Below are positions 41,682 to 50,528 of a stretch of 64,000 bases of DNA, in pieces. Under the pieces are notes generated by a model. That model was not told the DNA's origin and made no database searches. It saw nothing but the letters and a program-made list of their open reading frames with translations. Where the stretch lies: NCBI GenBank assembly GCA_044227615.1, contig JBGAWM010000013.1, positions 521-64,520 on the forward strand, in the 5' to 3' direction. The position numbers and the translations under genes are program-made. Source of the DNA: Ignavibacteriaceae bacterium (GTDB taxonomy: Bacteria; Bacteroidota; Ignavibacteria; Ignavibacteriales; Ignavibacteriaceae). How positions within the stretch are numbered: the stretch's first letter is position 1; every line of letters begins with the position of its first letter.

Positions 41682-42179
41682 ATGGCACAAAATCATTCAT
41701 TCGATATAGTTTCTGAAATTGATTTTCAGGAAGCAGATAATGCTGTTAACCAGGCATTAAAAGAAATTCATCAGCGTTATGATCTTAAGGATTCTAATAC
41801 TCAAGTCGAGCTTAATAAAAAAGATAAGCTCATCACCATCAACACAAAGGATGATTACTCTCGTAAATCTTCTGTTGATATTTTAGAAACAAAGTTCATC
41901 CGCAGAAACATATCTATTAAAGCTCTAAGGTATAACGAACCTGAAGCCGCATCCGGCGGAAGACTTAAGCAAGTTATTAATCTTCAAAGCGGAATCTCAA
42001 AAGAAAATGCCAAGATTATTACCAAGTTGATTAAAGAATCTAAACTAAAGGTTAGTGCACAAATACAGGATGAGCAGGTTAGAGTTACAGGTGCAAAGAT
42101 TGATGACCTTCAAGCAGTTATTGCATTGGTTAAAGAAGCTGAATTGGACTTCCCCACCCAGTTTGTGAATATGAAGTAG
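41682..42179 (+). CDS. yajQ: YajQ family nucleotide (cyclic-di-GMP) binding protein
   Basis: SFDIVSE.D.QE..NAV.QA.KE...R.D.K and LKVSAQIQDEQVRVTG...DDLQAVIALV match E. coli YajQ closely. Confidence 0.9.
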   Translation: MAQNHSFDIVSEIDFQEADNAVNQALKEIHQRYDLKDSNTQVELNKKDKLITINTKDDYSRKSSVDILETKFIRRNISIKALRYNEPEAASGGRLKQVINLQSGISKENAKIITKLIKESKLKVSAQIQDEQVRVTGAKIDDLQAVIALVKEAELDFPTQFVNMK

Positions 42180-42190
42180 TTCTCAACGCA

Positions 42191-42562
42191 TTGAAACCTA
42201 ATGGTAGAATTTATTTTTCAATAATTGTTATTGCATCAATTCTGATTGCAACATTAATCAAACTTTATTTCAGACCATATTATTCAGGTAATAATCATTT
42301 TTATAAATTATTATTAGGTAGCCTTCCTAATTTTTTTTATGTCTTGGGTTTTTCATTCATCTATCCACTATTTAAAGGTTCAATTTCATTTAAGCAACAC
42401 GTTATTGCAGTTCTTTTTATTACTCTTGGAACTATCGCATATGAAATTGAACAACTTTGGACTGAAAGAACTTTCGATTATTTAGATATTATTGCCTCAT
42501 TTACCTCAGCAATAGTATCCATTCTGATTTATAGAAATACACTTTTAAAATCTAAAATTTAA
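42191..42562 (+). CDS. small membrane protein, unknown function
   Basis: 123 aa with 4 predicted TM segments and a TTG start. No recognisable motif. Confidence 0.45.
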   Translation: MKPNGRIYFSIIVIASILIATLIKLYFRPYYSGNNHFYKLLLGSLPNFFYVLGFSFIYPLFKGSISFKQHVIAVLFITLGTIAYEIEQLWTERTFDYLDIIASFTSAIVSILIYRNTLLKSKI

Positions 42563-42576
42563 TAATAATTTTACAT

Positions 42577-42686
42577 GGTAGGCGCAAGCATCAGCTTTCG
42601 AAATATGCTATTTAAATAAGAATCTTGAAAAATATTAGATTATCAACTTTCAAAACACTTTCCTCAACCTAAAGGTTGAGGCTACC
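42577..42686 (+). repeat. REPIN-like repeat, copy 1 (partly decayed), upstream of the RAYT gene
   Basis: 110-bp unit GGTAGGCGCAAGCatcaGCTTTCG...CCTCAACCtaaaGGTTGAGGCTACC. It aligns over its full length with 43182-43291, with about a dozen mismatches by eye. Confidence 0.75.
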
Positions 42687-42689
42687 TTT

Positions 42690-43166
42690 ATGAAAATAAT
42701 TAGAGAGAAAAAACATAGACTTGATGAAGAAATTTATATTGGAGAAAGACCTATCTCTTTTACTTTATGCATTAAAGATAGAAAACAATGCTTTACAAAT
42801 AATTCTTTCTTCCAAGTTTTTGAACAAATGCTATTAGCTGAATTGAAAACTTTTGATTGCTTCGCTTTTGTTTATTTGTTTATGCCAGATCATATACATT
42901 TAGTTTTAGGTGGAAACAATTCTAATTCTAATGTCAAAAAGTGTTTAGAAATGTTTAAACAGAAATCAGGATATTATTTAAATAAAAACACTGCCGATAT
43001 TAAATGGCAAAAAGACTATTATGATCATATTCTTAGAAGCGAAGAAAATTTGGAAATACATTTGAAGTATATCCTTAATAATCCTGTACGTGCTGTTATT
43101 ACAGACTATTGGAAGCAATATCCATACAAAGGTTCAACTATTTATAATTTAAGTGAATGGGATTAG
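42690..43166 (+). CDS. REP-associated tyrosine transposase (RAYT; IS200/IS605-like Y1 HUH transposase)
   Basis: HUH motif in FMPDHIHLVL. The C-terminal W.KDYYDHILRSEE......YILNNPVRA carries the catalytic Tyr region typical of RAYT/TnpA_REP. 158 aa. Confidence 0.8.
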   Translation: MKIIREKKHRLDEEIYIGERPISFTLCIKDRKQCFTNNSFFQVFEQMLLAELKTFDCFAFVYLFMPDHIHLVLGGNNSNSNVKKCLEMFKQKSGYYLNKNTADIKWQKDYYDHILRSEENLEIHLKYILNNPVRAVITDYWKQYPYKGSTIYNLSEWD

Positions 43167-43181
43167 GGGGTTTTTTATTCC

Positions 43182-43291
43182 GGTAGCCGCAAGCTTCAGC
43201 TTGCGAAGTATGCTATACCAATAAGAATCTTAAAAAATGTTAGATTATTAGCTCTCAAAACACTTTCCTCAACCTGAAGGTTGAGGCTACC
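43182..43291 (+). repeat. REPIN-like repeat, copy 2 (intact), downstream of the RAYT gene
   Basis: GGTAGCC-GCAAGC-ttca-GCTTGC at the 5' end. The 3' end read on the opposite strand is GGTAGCC-TCAACC-ttca-GGTTGA. This gives two inverted GTAG-headed REP hairpins about 60 nt apart. Confidence 0.8.
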
Positions 43292-43300
43292 AAATCATTT

Positions 43301-44965
43301 TCAACTCGCATAAGCCAATCGTAACTTCTCTTTATCAATTCCTTCAAGAAGCATAAAATCCTCTTCGCTTATCTTTTCTACATCACCAAAATATTTGTTG
43401 TCAACGCTGTCTTTTTGGTCCGCAACTTTTACTGATGAAACAGACAACACACTAAGTTTACTTACAACAACATTTGTGGCATCCTTTTCATCAACCTTTC
43501 CATCAATAATGTATGGACCCATAGACATTGTGTGCTCAGCAAATTTCTCATACTCACGCGGAAAGATTACTGCTTCAAAAGTTCCGGTTGTATCTTCAAG
43601 CGAAAGAAATTTCATTATATCGCCTTTGCGCGTTTTTATTCTTTTTGATGTCATATACCATCCAACTAACCTTACGTTTTTGCCGCGATGTTTATTCAAA
43701 TCCCTTGCTTTAACGATTGAGGAATGCTCGGTAAAACTCCGGTAAAAATAAAGCGGGTGACGTGTAACCATATAATCAAAAGTTTCATATTCTGTTTTGC
43801 ATATTTCTTCGACACTAAAGTTTATGTCTGTTTTTATTTGGTTCTCCATCGCAAATGTTTCGTGCAAGAAAAGATCATTATAATTTTCATCAAAAATTTT
43901 TCTTTTGTGGATGTAAATATCCAGCAGGCGCAAAAGCTCAGGTCTTGTTTTCTTAAAACATCCCATCGCGCCGCATTTTATAAGAATTGATGTTTCTTCA
44001 AACCCAAGTTTTGTGCGGATGAGAAAATCTGCCAGCGAATGATACTCGCCATCTTTTTTTCTTTCATCCAATATTTTTTGAATGGAGTTACGTGAGAGAT
44101 TTTTTATCGCCATCAAACCAATTCGAATTTCATCTTTCTTTCCCGTGTATTCATCATTACTTTTATTGATACAAGGAAGATGCATCTTCAATCCTAATCG
44201 TTTGCATTCCCACACATAAACAGCAGCGGAATAAAATCCACCCATGTTGCTTAAAACGCTTGCCATAAACTCCGCAGGATAGTGTGATTTAAGAAATGCA
44301 ACCTGATAAGAAAGCAGCGCAAACGAAGCACTGTGAGCTTTACAAAATGCGTACCCCGCAAAGGATTCTATTTGCCGCCACAACTCTTTGGCTTGTGTAT
44401 CCGTAAGTCCTTTATTCTTACAAGATGAAAAATATTTATCAACTATTTTTTGCATCGCAGAATGGGAACGCATTTTACCGCTCATTGCACGACGAAGAAT
44501 ATCTGATTCTTCCAAAGATAATCCCGCAACGTGATGCGCAACTTTTATAACATCTTCCTGGTAAATCATAACACCGTACGTATCACCAAGAACATCTTTC
44601 ATAGCGGGAACGAGATATTTTCTTCTACCCGGGTCTTTATGGCGCGCAATAAACTCCTGCATCATTCCGCTTTCTGCAACACCAGGACGAATAATTGAGC
44701 TTGCCGCAGTAAGAAGTTCAAAATCGTGTACATCAAGTTTGCGAAGAAGAGAACGCATACCCGGCGACTCGATGTAAAAACATCCTATCGTTTGCCCTGT
44801 GCGGATAAGATTATTTGTAGGCTCGTCATTAAAGAGCATTTCAAAATCGTAAATATCAAAATCAACCGCATCGGTATTTCTTGGTATTGGCGGATAAAGC
44901 GAAAGCACTTTTGTACTTTCTCGCCATTCCTTGGGAATTTGATATGTTAGTTCTTCGTTTTCCAC
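43301..44965 (-). CDS. dnaE: DNA polymerase III alpha subunit (DnaE family) C-terminal fragment lacking the PHP and palm catalytic regions; possible pseudogene or split gene
   Basis: GQTIGCFYIESPGMRSLLRKL...IIRPGVAESGMMQEFIARHKD corresponds to the FQLESRGM...RPGP...FI.RKHG fingers block of DnaE. A C-terminal OB-fold follows (VRLVGWYMTSKRIKTRKGDIMKFLSLEDTTGTFEAVIF). The ORF starts at GTG immediately after in-frame TGA TAG. Confidence 0.8.
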   Translation of the reverse strand: MENEELTYQIPKEWRESTKVLSLYPPIPRNTDAVDFDIYDFEMLFNDEPTNNLIRTGQTIGCFYIESPGMRSLLRKLDVHDFELLTAASSIIRPGVAESGMMQEFIARHKDPGRRKYLVPAMKDVLGDTYGVMIYQEDVIKVAHHVAGLSLEESDILRRAMSGKMRSHSAMQKIVDKYFSSCKNKGLTDTQAKELWRQIESFAGYAFCKAHSASFALLSYQVAFLKSHYPAEFMASVLSNMGGFYSAAVYVWECKRLGLKMHLPCINKSNDEYTGKKDEIRIGLMAIKNLSRNSIQKILDERKKDGEYHSLADFLIRTKLGFEETSILIKCGAMGCFKKTRPELLRLLDIYIHKRKIFDENYNDLFLHETFAMENQIKTDINFSVEEICKTEYETFDYMVTRHPLYFYRSFTEHSSIVKARDLNKHRGKNVRLVGWYMTSKRIKTRKGDIMKFLSLEDTTGTFEAVIFPREYEKFAEHTMSMGPYIIDGKVDEKDATNVVVSKLSVLSVSSVKVADQKDSVDNKYFGDVEKISEEDFMLLEGIDKEKLRLAYAS

Positions 44966-44992
44966 TTTATAATTATACTATCAAATAAAAAA

Positions 44993-45156
44993 TATTTCGT
45001 CCCGATGGGACTTTTTTCGAATCCTGCTCAATGTTTACCAATATCTTGTTCCTAACGGAACATTGGTCATTACCCATTTTTTCTGTCCCATAGGGACAAA
45101 ACATTGTTAACCTTTAGTTCACGTTAACACAAGAGAGTTCCGTAGGAACGAAATAG
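44993..45156. repeat. hairpin-rich palindromic (MITE-like) element upstream of the dnaE fragment
   Basis: Four 5-bp-stem hairpins: GTCCCgatGGGAC (44999-45011), GTTCCtaacGGAAC (45048-45061), GTCCCataGGGAC (45085-45097) and GTTCCgtaGGAAC (45137-45149). The outer pair carry inverted flanks ATTTCGTYCC. Confidence 0.5.
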
Positions 45157-45300
45157 CTACGCTTTTACAAATCAATAAAAATAGTGAACACTTGAGCACT
45201 ATATAAAATATTTAAAGATCAGAAGCAATACTGCAAAAGGATTGATTTTAAACAATTTAAATGCCTTATTACCGGTGTAAATTTTTTGTGTGAGGACAAA

Positions 45301-45495
45301 ATGCAAACAGATGATACTTTAAACTGGGTTTGCCAATATTGCGGCGTAGAGAACTCTGTGTGGGTTGATCTTACAATTGAAGGTAAGCAGGATTTTGTGG
45401 AAGACTGCCGTGTTTGCTGCAGACCGAACCGAGTTATTGTTGTACAGGATTATGATGAAAATGTTATGATAGAATCACGGCTGATTGACGAATAG
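45301..45495 (+). CDS. CPXCG-motif cysteine-rich zinc-binding small protein
   Basis: CQYCG...CRVCCRPN is the pattern of the CPXCG family. ATG at 45301 is preceded by GAGG (45292-45295) and is preferred over the upstream TTG. Confidence 0.7.
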   Translation: MQTDDTLNWVCQYCGVENSVWVDLTIEGKQDFVEDCRVCCRPNRVIVVQDYDENVMIESRLIDE

Positions 45496-45507
45496 AAATC
45501 TAACAGA

Positions 45508-45705
45508 TTAGAAAAGTAAAAGATAAATTAACCCTGCTGCACTAATCGCCCCATAGATGATGGAAAGGTAAACTATAAGCTTACCTTTAGAAATAATAAT
45601 TTTATCTAATTGTGAGTTGTATTCTAAGTTACCAATCAGATCTTTTCCAATCTCATCCGTAGAGAGAATATTCTCACACTCAGAATCTGAATGACGATCA
45701 CTCAT
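45508..45705 (-). CDS. small tail-anchored membrane protein, hypothetical
   Basis: 65 aa with an acidic N-terminus and a single C-terminal TM segment (LIVYLSIIYGAISAAGLIYLLLF). No homology recognised. Confidence 0.3.
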   Translation of the reverse strand: MSDRHSDSECENILSTDEIGKDLIGNLEYNSQLDKIIISKGKLIVYLSIIYGAISAAGLIYLLLF

Positions 45706-45843
45706 AAATCCTCTCTTACAGTTATTAAAATACCTATCTCATAAAATCGTAATGCTGGACTGTTTCAGCATCTTAATTCTATGAAATCGTAGATTCCGAT
45801 CCCGATGAATCGGGACAGAATGACTTAAAATAAAACTGATGAC

Positions 45844-47118
45844 TTAGTCCATAATCATTCTTAAGAATGATGAGCTATCGTCATCATTAGAATCATCCTT
45901 TTTCTCGTTCCTTTCTTTTGCCCATGAAAATCTAGAATTTTCAACAGTAAATCCGCTTGGAGTATTTTTCTCTTCATCATCTTCAATCGGTGTTTTTGGG
46001 CTTTTCATTCTTATAATAGTTGGGATTTCAAGATTATTAGAATCAACATTATCCTGCTCAAATAAATTAAAACCAGCACCTCGAAGATTTTCTGTAAGAC
46101 TTGGTGTATTTTTTTTAGCAGTTATAGTTTTACTGCCATAATTGTTTCCTCTTGCACTATCGAATCCAGTTGCAATTACAGTGTAAGAAATGTAATCATT
46201 CATTTCATCTTTTTTAACAACACCAAAAATTACGTTGGCTTCCTCGCCGGCAGCTTCAAAGATAACATTGTTACCTTCATCAATTTCCTGCATTGTCATA
46301 CTGCTTGATCCGGTAACATTAACAAGCACACTTTTTGCGCCTTTGATATTTACTCCCTCAAGTAATGGACTTGAAATAGCTTTTTGAGCTGCTTCAATTG
46401 CACGATTTTCACCACTTGCAATTCCGCATCCCATCAATGCTTCGCCGCTAGAGTTCATCACGGCGCGAACATCTGCAAAATCAACATTGATTAATCCCTC
46501 AATTGTAATGATGTCTGCAATACCACGAGTTGCTTCGTAAAGAACTTCATTAGGTTTATCAAAAGCTGCAAATGCATTTGTGGCTTTATCTAAAATGTTA
46601 AGCAATCTTTCGTTTGGAATTACGATTAAACTATCAACGTGCTGGCGTAATTCCATTATACCTTTTTCGGCATTCATCATTCTTGTTTTTCCTTCCCATC
46701 GGAAAGGTTTAGTAACGATACCAACAACCAGAGCACCTATACTCTTTGCAATTGATGCAATTACGGGTGCAGCACCAGTTCCGGTTCCGCCGCCCATTCC
46801 AGCAGTTATAAAAACCATATCACTTCCCGAAAGAACTTCAGCAAGTTGATCACGATCTTCTTCCGCAGATTTTCTTCCGATGTTTGGATCAGCACCGGCT
46901 CCTAAACCGCGAGTGATTGAACCACCGCACTGAACTTTATGTGTAGCAGTACTGCTTCTTAGAACTTGTGAATCGGTATTAACGGCAATGTATTCAACAC
47001 CGCTTAACCCGCGAGCAATCATACTTTCGATGGCATTACAGCCGCCGCCACCAACACCAACAACTTTTAATACTGCTGACATCGGTTTTTCTTTATCGAT
47101 GGTTGCAAATCGCGACAT
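45844..47118 (-). CDS. ftsZ: cell division protein FtsZ
   Basis: GVGGGGCNA and the tubulin signature GGGTGTGAAPV. Confidence 0.97.
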   Translation of the reverse strand: MSRFATIDKEKPMSAVLKVVGVGGGGCNAIESMIARGLSGVEYIAVNTDSQVLRSSTATHKVQCGGSITRGLGAGADPNIGRKSAEEDRDQLAEVLSGSDMVFITAGMGGGTGTGAAPVIASIAKSIGALVVGIVTKPFRWEGKTRMMNAEKGIMELRQHVDSLIVIPNERLLNILDKATNAFAAFDKPNEVLYEATRGIADIITIEGLINVDFADVRAVMNSSGEALMGCGIASGENRAIEAAQKAISSPLLEGVNIKGAKSVLVNVTGSSSMTMQEIDEGNNVIFEAAGEEANVIFGVVKKDEMNDYISYTVIATGFDSARGNNYGSKTITAKKNTPSLTENLRGAGFNLFEQDNVDSNNLEIPTIIRMKSPKTPIEDDEEKNTPSGFTVENSRFSWAKERNEKKDDSNDDDSSSFLRMIMD

Positions 47119-47137
47119 AGGTCCTCCTATAATGTGT

Positions 47138-48388
47138 TTATAATTCGTTAAAAAAATCTTGCACTTTTTTTATGATCTTGCCAAGTTGATTAGCAGATTT
47201 TTCTTTTTGCTTCTTAATCAAAACCTGATACTCACTCGACTTTCCGCCCGGTATTCCTCTTATCAAACCAGCAACGGTTGCAAATTCAGGACTCTCAATT
47301 TCATTTGATAATCCTGCGCCCAACTCCTGCGGTACACCAATTCTTGTTGGCAAACCAAAAACTTCTTCGGCTAATTCTGTTACACCTCTTAATAATGATC
47401 CGCCGCCTGTTAGAACAATACCTGCTTTAAGTTTTGATTTGAATCCTGCTGTTCTCAATTCATTATCAACAAGCGTAAACAGTTCTTTCATTCTTAAACT
47501 TATAATTTGTGTAAGTAACGAAATTGGAATTTTTGCATTCCCTCTTGCGCCAACACCTTTGATCAAAATATCTTCATCTTTTATGATAGCACTTTCACTT
47601 GCATAGCCATATTCCTTCTTCAATCTCTCAGCTTCATCAGTCATAACACCAAGTGATTCACGAATATCATTTGTAACTTGATTTCCTGCTACTCCAATTA
47701 CTCGCGTGTGCTTGATTGCTTTTTTATGATAGATTGCTATATCGGTAGTGCCTCCGCCAATATCTATTAAAGCTACACCTAAATCTTTTTCGCTTTCTTC
47801 CAAAACTGATGCGCTTGATGCAATCGGCTGAAGAATATAATCCTGAACCTGAAAGCCCGCCCGCTCAACTGATTTTCTGATATTTTCCATTGCCGGAATT
47901 GATGCGAGTACAACGTGATTGCTTGCTTCTAATCTTGAACCCGACATACCAATTGGATTTTCAATTCCACCTTGATGATCAATAGAATACTCTTCCGGAA
48001 TTATATGAAGAATTTGTCTGTCACTCGGTATATGTATTGTGCGTACATCAGCTTCTAATCGATCAAGATCTTCTTTAGTAATTTCTTTTTCTTCTCGATT
48101 GATTGTAACATAATTTCTATGACGGATACTTGTAATATGTTCACCTGCAACACCGACGTTTACCACCGTAACTTCAAATCCAGCTCTGTTGGATGCAATA
48201 GACATTGCTGTTTTAATTGCCTCTGCAGTCTTACCAATGTTTGCAACTAAACCTTTGTGCAACCCTTCAGACGGCGCAACACCAAAACCAAGCACATCAA
48301 TCCTGTTTTGTTCGGGAATCTTTTCAGCGATTACCGCACAAACTTTTGTTGTTCCTAAATCTAATCCGACTAAAATTTCTTTTTTCAT
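47138..48388 (-). CDS. ftsA: cell division protein FtsA
   Basis: Actin-fold motifs GLDLGTTKV, DIGGGTTD and VLTGGGS. Positioned between ftsQ and ftsZ. Confidence 0.95.
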   Translation of the reverse strand: MKKEILVGLDLGTTKVCAVIAEKIPEQNRIDVLGFGVAPSEGLHKGLVANIGKTAEAIKTAMSIASNRAGFEVTVVNVGVAGEHITSIRHRNYVTINREEKEITKEDLDRLEADVRTIHIPSDRQILHIIPEEYSIDHQGGIENPIGMSGSRLEASNHVVLASIPAMENIRKSVERAGFQVQDYILQPIASSASVLEESEKDLGVALIDIGGGTTDIAIYHKKAIKHTRVIGVAGNQVTNDIRESLGVMTDEAERLKKEYGYASESAIIKDEDILIKGVGARGNAKIPISLLTQIISLRMKELFTLVDNELRTAGFKSKLKAGIVLTGGGSLLRGVTELAEEVFGLPTRIGVPQELGAGLSNEIESPEFATVAGLIRGIPGGKSSEYQVLIKKQKEKSANQLGKIIKKVQDFFNEL

Positions 48389-49155
48389 TAAATCAAGCCT
48401 GTATTTTCTTTACTACCGATATATGCTTCATTGTTAAATCGTAAATCAATGTATTCTGTTTGCTGAAATGTTGCTTTCAAATTATTAATTCTCTCCCAGA
48501 CCAAACTTAGATAAATCATTTTTTTTGATTCATTCCCTCTTCCAAACACAATAGGATAATTAACTCCTGAAAAGGTCAGCACAACATCACCACCGCTTTT
48601 AAGATTTATTTCTGATAGTTTTTTTGCAAGCTCCACATCAGTAATCTTTGCAGCATCAATTATTCTGAAAGCTTCAACAATATCATCATTCTTGTAAACT
48701 TTTGACGGTAATAGTTTATCTGAAACTCTGAAATTACTTATGACCGGAATACTTGAGTAAGTTGTAAATTCATGGATTTTCAGTAATTCAAAATCATTTG
48801 TTAAAAAGTATGGTTCAGTTTTACTTAACAGCACAGCATAAATATCTTTTTCAATTATTTTCACATCAACATTACCGCGACCATCAGATTTTACTTCAGT
48901 CTTTGAAACGTATGGATGTTCTTCAATTCTTTTTTTAATGATATTAAGATTCAAATCATCATAAACAGATGATTGATCCAAATCAGCAAATCGAAGATAA
49001 ATCTCTTTGCTAAGTAAACTGTTTCCATGAATATTTATCATTTTGATTTCCTCTTTTCCCTTTTCGTTATATTTAAAAAGAGACAGGTACAAAATTGAAA
49101 TTATAATTAATGTCAATAGAACAATACCAAATATTTTTCCAAAGTCTTTTTTCAT
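48388..49155 (-). CDS. ftsQ: cell division protein FtsQ (POTRA domain)
   Basis: Single N-terminal TM followed by a POTRA-like region. Canonical position upstream of ftsA with an overlapping stop/start. Confidence 0.75.
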   Translation of the reverse strand: MKKDFGKIFGIVLLTLIIISILYLSLFKYNEKGKEEIKMINIHGNSLLSKEIYLRFADLDQSSVYDDLNLNIIKKRIEEHPYVSKTEVKSDGRGNVDVKIIEKDIYAVLLSKTEPYFLTNDFELLKIHEFTTYSSIPVISNFRVSDKLLPSKVYKNDDIVEAFRIIDAAKITDVELAKKLSEINLKSGGDVVLTFSGVNYPIVFGRGNESKKMIYLSLVWERINNLKATFQQTEYIDLRFNNEAYIGSKENTGLI

Positions 49156-49160
49156 TTTTA

Positions 49161-50528
49161 CTAATTAAGCATCGCAACAAATTGCTCACCATATTTCCAG
49201 ATATCACCAGCACCCATTGTAACAATTATATCGCCGTCTTTTTTAATTCCTTTTAATAAAGCAGGAACATCTTTCTTATCCGCAACGTAATGAACGTTTT
49301 TATGTCCAAACTTTTTTGTAGTTGATGCAATTAAATCACCGGTAATACCTTCAATTGGTAATTCTCTTGCCGGATAAATATCGGTACAAATAAAAATATC
49401 CGAATTAAGAAACGCTCGTCCAAAATCCTGATAGAAATCTCTTGTACGTGAATAAAGATGAGGTTGAAAAACAACAATTAATCTTCTATCCCAGCCATCT
49501 CTTATTCCCTTTAAAGTAGCCGCAGATTCTGTTGGATGATGTGCATAATCATCAACGACTAATATTTCTTTATTGTACTTTATTTCAAATCTTCTAAACA
49601 CGCCCGAGAAGGATTCTAATGCTGATTTAATCACTTTAAAATCAACACCAAGTTCTTTACCAATAACAACTGCAACAAGAGAATTATTAATATTGTGATT
49701 ACCTGGAATTTTTAATGTTATCTCTCCAAGTTCTTCACCAAAATATTTTACTTTATAAGTGCTTGTAAATCCACTATGTGTAATATCAATTGCACGAACA
49801 TCAGCCTGAGAGTTTAAACCATAAGTTATAATTTTTTTATTGATGTGAGGCATTATATCCTGCAAAGCCGGTTCATCTAAACACAAAGTAACAAACCCGT
49901 AAAACGGAACTTTATTTGCAAACTCAATAAATGCAGATTTTATATCATTCAGATCTTTATAAGTATCAAGATGTTCACTCTCTAAAGTTGTAAGCGCTGC
50001 GATAGTTGGTGTTAGCTTTAAAAATGTTCTGTCAAATTCGTCAGCTTCTACAACAATAAATTCTCCGTTACCCAATCTTGCATTAGTTCCACCAAGTCCA
50101 CTTAATTTTCCTCCAACTATAATTGTGGGATCAATTCCGCCTTCTGTTAAAGTTAATCCAACCATAGATGTTGTGGTTGTTTTACCATGAGTTCCTGCAA
50201 TACCTATTCCATATTTCATTCGCATTGTTTCGGCAAGCATTTCAGCACGTTTAATTATAGGAATTTTTCTATCGATTGCCGCCTGCACTTCCGGATTATC
50301 AAGATGTACTGCCGAAGAATAAACAAGAACATCTGCATCCTTCAAATTTTCAGGTGAATGACCTTCATAAACTTTTATTCCAAGACTTTCCAGCCTATCA
50401 GTAACTTCACTTTTAGATTTATCAGAACCAGAAATTTCAAAACCCTGACTCAAAAGAATTTCAGCGATGCCGCTCATACCTATTCCACCAATACCAACGA
50501 AGTGAACTTTTTTAATATTCTTAAACAT
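49161..50528 (-). CDS. murC: UDP-N-acetylmuramate--L-alanine ligase
   Basis: HFVGIGGIGMSG.AE.L...G..V.GSD and GTHGKTTTT. Confidence 0.95.
   Translation of the reverse strand: MFKNIKKVHFVGIGGIGMSGIAEILLSQGFEISGSDKSKSEVTDRLESLGIKVYEGHSPENLKDADVLVYSSAVHLDNPEVQAAIDRKIPIIKRAEMLAETMRMKYGIGIAGTHGKTTTTSMVGLTLTEGGIDPTIIVGGKLSGLGGTNARLGNGEFIVVEADEFDRTFLKLTPTIAALTTLESEHLDTYKDLNDIKSAFIEFANKVPFYGFVTLCLDEPALQDIMPHINKKIITYGLNSQADVRAIDITHSGFTSTYKVKYFGEELGEITLKIPGNHNINNSLVAVVIGKELGVDFKVIKSALESFSGVFRRFEIKYNKEILVVDDYAHHPTESAATLKGIRDGWDRRLIVVFQPHLYSRTRDFYQDFGRAFLNSDIFICTDIYPARELPIEGITGDLIASTTKKFGHKNVHYVADKKDVPALLKGIKKDGDIIVTMGAGDIWKYGEQFVAMLN

Noticed and set aside
43301-44965. Split-intein (DnaE-c) explanation for the truncated dnaE
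   Set aside because: The first ~30 aa show none of the IntC block F/G features (hydrophobic strands ending in HN followed by Cys/Ser/Thr). An Asn-Thr dipeptide at PRNTD is the only weak resemblance.
44999-45149. Hairpin cluster considered as a mini-CRISPR array
   Set aside because: The repeats are only 13-14 nt and not identical. Spacing is irregular (about 37-52 nt) and no cas genes are in the window.
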